NCBI RefSeq assembly: GCF_009914755.1
Contig: NC_060932.1
DNA from: the human T2T-CHM13v2.0 reference genome, Homo sapiens
Strand: one strand, 5' to 3'
Length of the DNA: 64,000 nt
Made by a program: the position numbers and the translations under genes. How positions within the stretch are numbered: the stretch's first letter is position 1; every line of letters starts with the position of its first letter. This document shows, piece after piece, positions 1-11,182 of this stretch. The notes under the pieces are model-generated. The model was not told where the DNA came from. It ran no database searches and was given only the letters and a program-made list of their open reading frames with translations.

Positions 1-11
1 GCAAGGTAATG
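1..11 (+). other. Possible exon end / 5' splice donor (GCAAG|GTAATG)
   Basis: AAG|GTAAT matches the donor consensus, but only 5 exonic bases would be visible, so it could be chance. Confidence 0.3.
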
Positions 12-1320
12 CTATTTATTATTTAATATTCTGGTAGTATTCCCATGTATGTAAAGCAAGGAATTTGCTAATAAGAGACACTAATATAATAGTTAATATT
101 AAGTAGACTTTCATGTCATCTGGTCATGTGCCACTAACTGCTTAGTTTTATTTATTTGTGAAAGTCCTCCCCTTTGAATTGCTAGAAACTGTTGAATGGT
201 GTTAGTCTGATATTTTCATGGAGGTGACTTGGCTGTTGCTAATGTCAGATTTATCATAAACAACTCATAAATATATATATATATATAAAATAAGCTATAC
301 ATAGACTATCACAAAATATATAAATTTAATATCCCACACAAAAGCTATAACACCTAGTTTTTGTGGAGGCCAATAAAATGCTATATTTTAATTTGTATTT
401 AAATTTTAAAATGAATTTAAAAATTATTTTTAAATGGGCATTTATTGGAAGATATATTTAATGTTATTTGTCAATTGATTTCTTTCTTAGAAAGATAAAT
501 TCTTTGGATGATATGAATTATTCTAATCCACATTTGGAAAACTTTTGTGGGCATCTCTTATTGAGAGAGAAAAAAAGATTTTTTAGCTAGTTGACATCTG
601 TATAATATTGCATAGGAAGATTTCTTGCAAGTGTAAGTTAATCTACATAGATTTTTTCAGTAATAATCTCTAAAATTCTTTTATTTTTCACAAAATTTGC
701 AAAATTTTAAAAATATGAATAGAGTGAAGAATTAATTACAAAATTTAGAGTTAGAAGCAAACATTTTTTCTTTATTTTCTGTTAATATGGAACTTTAAAC
801 TTTTAATTTCTGTATTAATTACTCCCTTGGAATATTGAACAATGGTATACTCTTGAAGAAAAACTATTTGCTTCACTGTGGTATGTCCTGAAATTATTGG
901 GAGCCTGCAGTAAATTGAGGAATAGAAGATTAAAAATAGTGAATTGACGAGTCTTCAAGTTCAGTTGAGGGCCACATTTCTCTTATTCTATACAGAAAAA
1001 ATAGCTAAAAATCATGTATTTCAAAGTACTTTAAAATAATGATGAAATAAAAATTGTAAATAAAAAATACACTCAATTTTGTCCATTTTCCCTTTGCATG
1101 CTACATTAAGATTACCTAGTTTGGAAGAGTGGCTTTAAAGCTTAACACACAATTCGATTAAAAGATCTGATTATTTATAATTCACTGACAAAATCTGTCA
1201 TAGATTAATTGTAGCATATTTGGTATTCAAGAAAAGTTTTAAATTTATTTTTTATTACTTACAATAGCATAAAAGGCCTTTTTTTCATTTTCTAGTAGAA
1301 GCTTGTTTAATTTCCCATAG

Positions 1321-1353
1321 CTAATGTCTCCTAACAGTAAATGCCATGGACTG
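1321..1353 (+). other. Candidate 33-nt cassette microexon (LMSPNSKCHGL in phase 0)
   Basis: Preceded by tttaatttcccatag and followed by CTG|GTAAGC. The length is a multiple of 3 and only frame 0 is open. Confidence 0.25.
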
Positions 1354-3947
1354 GTAAGCCTTCATGCTCCTTGTGTGTGCTGAGAAGTTCAAAGGCATTT
1401 GTGTGTGTGTGTTTTTTCTTTTTAATAAAACCCTGTGAATTCAGTGCGAATCATTTGGAATGATGTGTTTCTCACTGTATACAAATTATTTTCATGGTGT
1501 GCATTTTCATCCATGTCCAATATGTCAGTGTAATACTTTGTGATGTTATATAGCCCATACTTACATGATTAAAGTATGCATTTATTTGGATAAATTCTGT
1601 GAAGAAATTTTATGCTGTTTTTAAATGCTTTTCAAAATATAGCTCAGTGAATGTATTATTGGGGGATGGATGTATATTGACAACATTACCTATTAATGGA
1701 ATGCTTATATTCATCATGAAGCTTGTTGTTTTGATTTTAAGAAAGATCTAAAAGTTTAATTTCTCCTTGAAGAAAAACAACAAAGTGAGGCAAGAAGACA
1801 GTTACTAATGCCAACATAGAATGCTTATATCCACAAAATATATGTATATTTTACTCTTCTTGCTTTTGTGTAGAAATTATAGAACGAATATCTGCTTTGA
1901 ATTTGAAAATTTCAAATTTGTAATCTGTGTTGTAATTGTCTTCTTACCTCAACTGTTTATGTATAGCAGTATATTCTGGACTATGCCATTAAAGTAGGAA
2001 GCCAGCTAACCTAGATTTGGCAACAGCATTGAAGGTTTAAACATGTTTTTTCCAAGACTGTTGTCAATATAAATAGATTAAATGGCTTTTAATTTTCTAA
2101 GTTATTTTTATTTATTTAGGATAAAACTGTCTGAATTTGTATTGTGCACACTTACCAATCAGTTCTTCTTTCTCTTCTTGAAGTGACATTCTCAAATTCT
2201 CATTTTGGTAGCCTTTCTGCTTACATTGACATAAAAATAACCAGATTTTCCAATGCTGTTTGACTTGTACATAAGTACTCTTGCGTTTTTTGGAAATATT
2301 GGGCCTCCCACCTCCAAATGAAGACTCAGTGTACAGGGGAGACTGACCAACCTGGGACTTGAGTGAATCTGAAATATTCAAGTGTTCATTTGCAAATATA
2401 TTAGGTAGCTGCTAAAAATATCACCCCACTTCTTAACAATGTGCATCTTGGACAAACAGGCACATATTTTGTCATCAAGTTGCTTAAGCTTCTGAAGTCA
2501 GGGCTACAACTGGGTCAGATGATAAGATGAGCACAACAGAGAAACGAAGAGAGCGTCTGATAAAACCTGATTGATTGATGTCTGGCTTCCCCACCATCAC
2601 AGGCAGTTGACAGTTAGTTTGGGATCAGATGATTTGGCTTTTGCGATAGAAGATGGGGCCTGGTAGGCAAGCCTGAAGGACAAAAAGGTCAGTTTCTGTG
2701 TAGTGTCAAGTAATGTCGAGCTCCCACAAGGTGGGACATTATTAATATTTCATTCTTTCTCTTTTAGGTCCAGGTCCTAACATTTGATAGTCATTTAAAG
2801 GCATGAAGATTCAGTCTACAAACAGAAATGTGTGACTACTTCCATGTTAATTTAACTTAATGTTTTTACTTTGTTGATATGATAAAGGATGAGGGCATAT
2901 GCTCATTTCATAACTAAATCATATTTCATATTATACTTTGCAATATATAATGACTTTTTGCATATTTTATTGTAATCTTATGGGGTAAAGAGCTACAAAA
3001 TGTCATAGCACTTAACCTGGCCAAATTTAATATTAAATTTAAACTTTTTGAAGAAATATAGGTTTTCTGGGATGAAAAATTACTTCGTAAATTAATCTAG
3101 AGTTATCAGTCCAGCTGCTTGGGAATTATAGGTTCTGAGAAGCTTAGGTTAAAAAGTATTCTAGTGCACAACACAGACATGTCAGAGTTTGGGGAAACCT
3201 TGGTTGGCACAATGGGAGAACTTTGTACAGATCCATAGTTAGTGAATGATTGTGCTGTAATTAATTTGCTGAACTTGAATCTTGTTGGTTGGTGATGAGA
3301 TTATTAGAATGTTTCTTTGCATTTTAATAATGGAAATCCCCAAATTCTTGACACATATTCAAATCACCTTTAAAAAAATCTGTATTTGCTTGTTTTTTTG
3401 CTATGATAGAAAAATGTTGTAGAACACTTCTGAGTTTGAACATAATTAACAGGATAAATGTTCTTGGAAAGAAAGGAGGAAGGCAAGCAGGCAGGCTGGC
3501 AGGCATAAAGTAGAATAGCTAGTTTTAGAATAAAATGGTTTCCAGTGTTAGCCATAAAAATTAGTACCACTGTGACAGAATTGGAATTTGGACAGCCTGC
3601 ATTTGAATTTAGATTTAGGACAGTTTGATACTCTCTAGAAATCCTCTATGATGTATCATTTTTCTCTGAGTTTTAAGGGTCAGATCTCCAAAGGACAGTT
3701 GGGTCTCAGCAAATGCTGTAGGCTTAATATCAGGAAGGTGAATTCTGCAAGGTGCTGTATTGCTGATAGTATAAGTGGAATATTGCCTGAAAACACTTGT
3801 GCCAGAACCTGAAGTGGTACTCATGATAAGTCATCAGGGAAGGTGAACCGATCACCATTTCAGCAGTAATTAGTAATAGGTCCAAGAAAAGTGCATAAGA
3901 AAATGACCTAGTTTCTTCTATATAGATTTATATGGAACAAAACAATT

Positions 3948-3963
3948 TCTCTCTCTCTCTCTC

Positions 3964-3995
<32 letters not shown>

Positions 3996-4082
3996 CATAT
4001 ATATATACATATATATATATACACATATATATATATACATATATATATACACATATATATATATACATATATATATATATAT
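3948..4082. repeat. Compound (CT)n-(TA/TACA)n microsatellite
   Basis: Directly visible; it produces the spurious IYIY ORF. Confidence 0.95.
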
Positions 4083-5389
4083 TTTTCAGGAATAGTGAGG
4101 AATCAATAAAGTTATGGTTTGAAAAACTTTTGCAGAAAAGATGGTTCAGGCAAATGGTGCTGACCTTTACTGATCTTGTTTTGATGGTTACATTGCTGAT
4201 GGGAGTCTGGTAATATTATTTATTGATGGTAGCTAATAATGGTCAATAATTTTGTTACATGAGAGAAAAGAGAAAACAATTGAATTTTCCTTGTAAAATC
4301 GCTGTGTAAGTCTGTGATACATTTTTCAGTTTTACAGTTAAAATATTTTAAGGCAGTGTCACAATTGTCAAATGCCAATTGCTTTGATAGTATTTCAGTT
4401 TTTTTGTGTGTATCTGTGAACAACTCTCTAAAGGTTAATAACCTGTTTTTTGGTGTTCACACACACACACTTAATATTATAGAGTATCTAATACTTCATG
4501 TTCAACCCTTTTCTCCCATTATTTTTTTTGTTTGTTGTTTCTTTTGTTATTCCATCTGGTTTTGAACTGGGTATATATTATATTTTATATATATATATTA
4601 TACACACACACACACACACACATATATATACACCCAGTTATATAATAAATAATTATGATCAACAATTCTTACAAATGGAAAAAAAGAATCAGGGAGCTGG
4701 CCAGCTAGACTGCAATTCTATGATTAATCCTCCAGATTCAGAAATCTCATTTAAGGAAGAGTATGAGTTTGGGATGCAGTGGCTGGACTGATGAGTCTGA
4801 CATTCACTTTGATGTTCTTTGACTCTTGGTTTGGAAGTTTTCATTTTGGAGAAATAAGAACAAGGAGGTTCCGGTATGGGATGTTACTAAGGTACGTGTT
4901 AGGGGATTTGTTGTTTCTATACTGTGGTTAGTACCAATGTACTTTATGTAGAGAAATAATCTCTTATGTATTACAGGAGGTGAAACAGATGTTAACAGCA
5001 TATTGTTCCTACTCTCCTAAGAAAGAAACATGATTACATTTTGAATGAAGGATTTTTAGGTTAGGGTCTATAGGCTTTGAAGAGTTTGTGAATATCCACA
5101 CATTTAATGGAAAATTTTATGTATTCATGAATTTTTCTAGGAAATGGTTTTCATGAGCTTCTCAATGGGCTTTACAGCCCTATCAGAACTTTAAGAGGAC
5201 TCTAAGGAATTGCTATATAGACATCTATATGATCACTTATTACATTTTAAAAGGTAACAATATAAAATAGGAACAGTTTCATTTTTATTTGCCAAAATGA
5301 TTTTTTTGAAAAACATAAAGTCAAGTCATATCACTTCACCTCTCTGCCAGTGGACATCCCTTTGCAAATTAATACCTAAACTTTTGATC

Positions 5390-5850
5390 ATGGACTACCA
5401 GATCTGTTCCTTATGTCTGACCTGATCACTAAGCATACTATTGTTATGTAGCACTTCCCTATCCAACTCCTACCCATAAACCACTTGCAGTCACTACATT
5501 TTATCTTTATGGGTCTTTGTTCTGTTCCGTAATCATGCCAAGCTGCCTGTCTTCCTGTTCTTTTCCTAGATTTCCGTATGGCTGGCTTCTCATTCACTTC
5601 TTACTTCACATGTCAATTGTTCAGAAAGGTCTCTTTTAGCCTTCCCATTTAAAGTTGCCTCAGTTTGCTCTCCAGCCCATAACTTACGTATTTGTTAGAT
5701 TATTTACTTGTTTATTAGTTGACTTTGTACTAGAATGTAAGCTCTCTGGGTGTGTGACCTAGTCTTGTTCACTTCTATAACTACAGTTGCTAGAAAAATA
5801 CCAGGCACATAGCAGATGCTCAAAGAGTAGTAGATTAATGAATGAATGAA
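5390..5850 (+). mobile_element. L2 LINE 3' remnant
   Basis: L2 3'-end motifs ctagaatgtaagctc...ggcacatagcagatgctcaa...aatgaatgaatgaa. Confidence 0.7.
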
Positions 5851-5959
5851 AAATTTTTTTAAAAACCCACATAATTTCCTGTGATATATTTTTAAACAAT
5901 TTTGCCCCAAGAAAAGATTGTTACCTATATGTGTTAAATTTAACTTACATGAAAACTTC

Positions 5960-6470
5960 ATTTAATATTCAATAAACAAACATATAGTAAGTACTAATTT
6001 TGTGTACCATGTTAAGCCATGGGGATGGGGCAAATACAGACCATGGTCTCTCCCTTCAATTAGTGCATTACATAGTAAGTACACTATGATTTAATCTTGA
6101 TAGATAGAGGTATAAATTGCTGTGGGCATTGAGGTTCATAAGCGCGTCAGGTTAAGCCTCTAGGATGAGGTCCTATTTCAGCTGGGTATTGAAGGAGGAG
6201 TGGGAGATGTAGTCATGACAAGAGGGAATTGTATCCTGGCAGAAACAATAGCTTGGCCAAGAGGTTAAGGAGCATGGTATTTTCAAGGTCCAGTGAATAG
6301 TTGTGGCCAAAGATGAAACTATGTGAGTGACAGAGCATGCATCTTGAGAGCTGATTTGGGGCCAAACTTTTAAAGGGCTTTGTGTGCCATGTTGAAGAAT
6401 TTGAACTCATCCTTTAGGTAATTGATGGTCATTGCAGATTTTGAAAAATAGAGCCTGATCAGTGTATTTT
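5960..6470 (-). mobile_element. L2 LINE remnant
   Basis: Degenerate antisense L2 motifs (agggctttgtgtgccatgttgaagaatttgaact). Confidence 0.55.
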
Positions 6471-6939
6471 GTATTTGCTTGATAATTGCTTTGATCCTAC
6501 CAAATTCCAATTTGGAAATGGAAGAGGACAAAAAACAAAACAAAGCAAAACAACAACAACAACAACCTCTGAGCTAACAATGGGCTTCAGTTAACTTTCA
6601 TTTTGTGAAGTTTAACAATTATTATCTTGAATTCAACCTTAGACCTTCTGTGCTACCCTCTAACTTTTAGATACGGATTTAATAACAACATCGTAGCTGA
6701 TGGCTAAAACCATCACTCAGTGCTTTCAGTAGTTTAGTATGAATATTTTATTGAGGCTAGACAACACATGCAAAAATGAATGAACAGAGCAGTATCTTTT
6801 TAATTGAATCTGTTTGTGCTTAACTCATGAGATCGTCTTTGGTAGTAGCTTTCCATTCATTCATATGCATTAGCTTAGTTTTATAGCTGCCTATCGAGAG
6901 GCAAAAATGTTCACTAGCAAGAAGGCAAAGTAATTGTTA

Positions 6940-7430
6940 CTGGGATTGCCAATTGTTGCAACCTCTTTGAAAGACAGTCTGGCATTTTATAGCAATTAAA
7001 ATTGCACATATACTGTTTGACCCAGCAATTCTACATATCCCATAGAAACCCTCATATGTGTGCTCATTACAGCATGGTTTCTGATAGCAAAAAATTCGAA
7101 GTCACCTAAATGTCCATTAATAGGGGATGGGTTAAATAAAATTATGGTATAACCCTCTCAGGTGTTGTAAAGGGTAAGACAGATGTGTTCATGCTGATAT
7201 GGAAATATCTCAAAGACTCGTAAAATGAAAAAAAATCAGTATGGCATGTACCTATTTGTAATGTTTTTGAAAAGAAAAATGAATAGATATTAGATATGTT
7301 TTTCATAAAAATTTTTGAAAAAATATGCAAGAAATTGTTGATGGTTTCTTTGGGAATGAGGTCTGAGAGTTTATGGTAGCACATAGACTCTTTTTTCACT
7401 GTATGCCTCTTAATATTGTTTTCAGTTTTT
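6940..7430 (+). mobile_element. Old L1M (L1ME-like) 3' fragment
   Basis: tttgacccagcaattcta and cctaaatgtccattaataggggatgggttaaataaaattatggta are typical L1M ORF2-end/3'UTR motifs. Confidence 0.7.
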
Positions 7431-7547
7431 AACCAAATATAATTTTAATAAGTTACAAATTAATACCAATAATTAAAAAAATAAAATGTATACATTGTGG
7501 AATGTGAATGTCAGTATTTTCATACCACTGCCATTACTGCTAGTAAT

Positions 7548-7551
<4 letters not shown>

Positions 7552-7597
<46 letters not shown>
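7552..7597. repeat. (TG)n microsatellite
   Basis: About 23 perfect units. Confidence 0.97.
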
Positions 7598-7598
<1 letters not shown>

Positions 7599-8334
7599 TG
7601 GGGGGAGGGGTTTGGGGCCAGAAAATCAGGTAATATTGCCATTATAATTATGTTTTCAATTATTTGTCTTCCCTTAGGTTGTGTAGTTGAGAGGATAGAA
7701 GTGCTTTTGGGAGTTGGGAAGAAAGTAGGGCACAGAAAAATATTTTATGGAATATTTTAATATCTCTCTAATTCAGACAATATGGGAGAGAATAGCTATA
7801 ATGATAAATGTTTCTATAGTTATCATTCAGTTTATATGAGAATATACCAAAAGTGAGCACTCAAGTGAAGATTATGCTCACTTTTACTTTAGAGAAAGAA
7901 ATAATGCAGAGAAAAAGGTTTTAAATATATTACCTTTTAAAGTATAGTATTTCTCTACTCTCAGCAGCATAGGTCATGGGTGTATTATTAACCTCAGATT
8001 AATAGTGTATGATAGTTTGGTTTTAGATAAAAGTTCTATTCTTTAAAATTCAATGTATTCATTTAGGCCCTGTTATACAAAAAGTTTATCTCCACGATGT
8101 TGTTTTCCTGAGTTCAGAAATTTTTTTCTGCCCTGCCCGAAAGAGTTCATCTCTCACCCCTATCAAATGTTTTGCCTTCTGAGTGATTTTAAGATGCTTA
8201 TTTTTATACATATTATTATATGCAGACATAGTTTTAAATTGGCCCTGGGCCCAATGTGTTGCTCTTTTTCGTACCTTATTAAGGATTTTTTTATCCTTGA
8301 AAGTCTTCCAAGCTATCTCAAGTGTTCTCGTGGG

Positions 8335-8364
8335 CAGTAGCAGCAGCAGCAGCAACAGCAGCAG
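8335..8364 (+). repeat. Short interrupted CAG repeat
   Basis: CAG TAG (CAG)4 CAA (CAG)3. Confidence 0.9.
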
Positions 8365-8939
8365 AAGGAAATGAAGGAGTACATGGAGAGACCAAAGCTT
8401 AGAGTGTCAGTGGGGTTTGAAAGGATGCCCCTGAATAAAATAGAAAGGTTTTAATTCATAAATGCCAGCATAAATACCCCCTGATAATTATGACAGAGTG
8501 GAAAGAAAATTAAATATGTTGAATTTTTGTCAGATAATTTTGAAAGTGGACATAAGGTTAGGAAACAAATAACACACGGAGTTGAGGGAAATTATAATCC
8601 GAAAACAAATGAAATATTTGTTTCTCTCATTTGAAGGAACCTAGAGCCTAGGAACATTAATGCAACTTGAGAAAGGTTGTTTTTAACCGTGGAGTCTCTT
8701 AGCATTTTCAGCCTCAGTGGAATATTATAGGACCATAAGGTCAGTTTTATTTAATTCATTCTCATAGATTCTGAACAACCTAGGTAGTGCTGAAGATTTT
8801 ATTGTATTTTGTAATTTACATTCTGAGTTTGGACAGAGGTGCTACAAGGTGTATGCTACTGTAAGTAAATTCATCTGATCAGTGGCATTATACAATGACT
8901 TTATGCAAATGGAGAACTAATTTTTTGGGAAAAAAGTTA

Positions 8940-9480
8940 ATCTCTTGTGGTATGTCTTGCCATCAAGAATTCTATTCCTAAAGACCCAAAGAAGTAAAGG
9001 AAAGAATCAGAGGAAAATGAACCCAAAGTGCATCCAGTCCCTGGCTCCCATGTGGCCAGCTGATGTTCCAGCCATCAACTGTTGAAAAGCTACAAGTGGT
9101 TTTCATGATGATAAAGTTAGTGGTCAGCACCAAAAATAGATCCAGAGCAAGGCCTAGTAGAATAAATTACTGAAGATGATCAAGTTAGAACTACCTCTGC
9201 TGAGAAGGCTACACAAAATTTCTGGGATAAAGAGTAATGAGGATTATTGATGTTACTAGGATCCATCTTCAGAATTGGTTGGCCTGCTACGTGCAGCGTA
9301 TTCTGATCAAATGGTGCTGCCCCTCCCTAACCACCCTGTGGAAATGTATTAGCCCAGAGGTCTGACTGTCCTGAGAAATAGCGTTGCAAGCTATCTACTT
9401 GAAAATGAGGATGTAGGTAACTTACATGTTAACTTTACATTGCAAAATGCAGTGGCTGCCTATCCGATGGCATTTGAATG
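8940..9480 (+). mobile_element. Possible decayed ERVL-class internal (gag) fragment
   Basis: Translation across frameshifts gives LQNWLA/LRAAYSDQ/CPSLTTLWKCISPE/GLTVLR/IALQAIY, which resembles ERVL-type capsid. Needs several frameshifts. Confidence 0.35.
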
Positions 9481-9579
9481 GATGTACGGCACAAAGTCAT
9501 ATATTTACGTTTTAGAAGGGGATTGAATTATACAATCATTCTTTAGAGAAGGGGTATTGTTATAATGTTTCAGAACTCT

Positions 9580-9790
9580 GGAGTCTTTCATTGGGGTTCA
9601 CGTTCCTGCTCTGCCACTTCCTTGTGTCGTGTCCTTTTAGCATGTTATTTAATCCGTGACTCAGTTTCCCCATTTGTAAAGACGAGGTTATTAAGGAGAG
9701 CTTATATAAGGGCTGTTGAGAGGATTCAACGAGTTTACACATGTAAATCGTTTAGAACAGCACCAGGTATGCACTGATAAACTTTTCTAG
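9580..9790 (+). mobile_element. MIR SINE
   Basis: MIR core motifs ctctgccactt...ctcagtttccccatttgtaaa...agggctgttgagaggattcaacgag. Confidence 0.8.
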
Positions 9791-10124
9791 ATTATTAGTA
9801 TTTTTGAGGTCAAATCCATGAAAAGAAATTGTTCTCTGGTAGTGGTAAATATCCTCAGGTATTTAAAATATAATTTTAAAGGTCTTTGGTTTGCATGTTT
9901 TAATTGACAAATATTTAAATGAAGTATTTTTTGGTAAATATTGTTTGTAGTTGACGTAAGTTTTATAAAAAGATCTTGTTGAATACTCTAATTGAATAAT
10001 TTTGCTCAAATCACCCTAAAGTAATTTTAAAAGGAATAAATACTTTATTCCCAATGAGGAAAATATTTTGAGCTTCACTGGGAAACGCTTTATAAGATAG
10101 ATTGATATTAAAATGTAATATACT

Positions 10125-10127
<3 letters not shown>

Positions 10128-10165
<38 letters not shown>

Positions 10166-10245
10166 TATACATGCAGACATACACACTATATATATGACAC
10201 ACACATTATAGATGTAGATATAGATGTATAGATATAGATATCTAT
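10128..10245. repeat. (CA)n plus degenerate TA/GATA repeat
   Basis: Directly visible. Confidence 0.9.
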
Positions 10246-11136
10246 AAACCAGTAAATGTTTTTACAAACTCTGAAATCTGTTACAGATCACTTCGTCTCA
10301 TTTTTTGGTATTAAATAACACAGGGTGCTTTGGTTATACTAACCATTACCAGAAAAAGTGAGTAGTTAGTTTTTGTTGTTTAGTTGTTGTATTTTTCCAG
10401 ACGGTTCTGGAGTTAATACATAAAATTCCTTTAGAAAGATCCTGACTGGAGTATCTCAAAAGATCATCGAAGAAACCAGTTGGTGAAAATGCATTTGGAT
10501 GACCTGAACACATAGTTGTTGTGTCTCTAAATCCCAGACATACTTTATTAGGACAATCCAGCTGGTTTGCTATTTCTATCTCATCATTATCAACACGTTA
10601 TGGTATGGCCTCTTCCCCCTCACTTCCAATGCCAAGAATTTGGCAGGGACACCATGTTAGCAAGTCAGAGACTGGGGGTGGGGCAAGACAACAATAGTTT
10701 CACACTGCTGCAGGGGTAAGGAATATGTGTTTTCTAAACATTTTGCTACTGGGTTAAAATTGATAATAGATATTTTTAGTCTCTTCACTTGAGGAATTTG
10801 AAGAAATAAAATTTCACAAGTCTCTAGAAACCCTCTTAAAGAAACATTTTCTTTATCCTAGTTCACACTTTCATATACATAGAATTTGGTTGTAAATCTC
10901 AAAGTTTCAAAATTCTTTGCCTTTCTCCTCTTTCCCACCCTTGCCAATATTACAGAAACTCAAGAAAGTGAGAGAAAGAAAACTATTGTCCCTAGGTCTT
11001 ATTTCATAGTTTACATTATGAATAATAAGTCAATAACTGAATATCATGTCACATTTTATTATTATGTGTGTGACCTTATTAGTGACCTTAACTATCGTCT
11101 TCTAATGTATTAGAGCATAGAGAGAACAGAGATGAA

Positions 11137-11182
11137 AATTCTTTTTGGTCATAGTTCATAATTCTTTTTGGTCATAGTTCAT
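11137..11182. repeat. Perfect 23-bp tandem duplication
   Basis: aattctttttggtcatagttcat x2. Confidence 0.95.

Noticed and set aside
8335-8364. PolyQ or polyA coding repeat
   Set aside because: The tract is short, contains TAG in the Q frame, all frames close nearby, and there are no exon boundaries.
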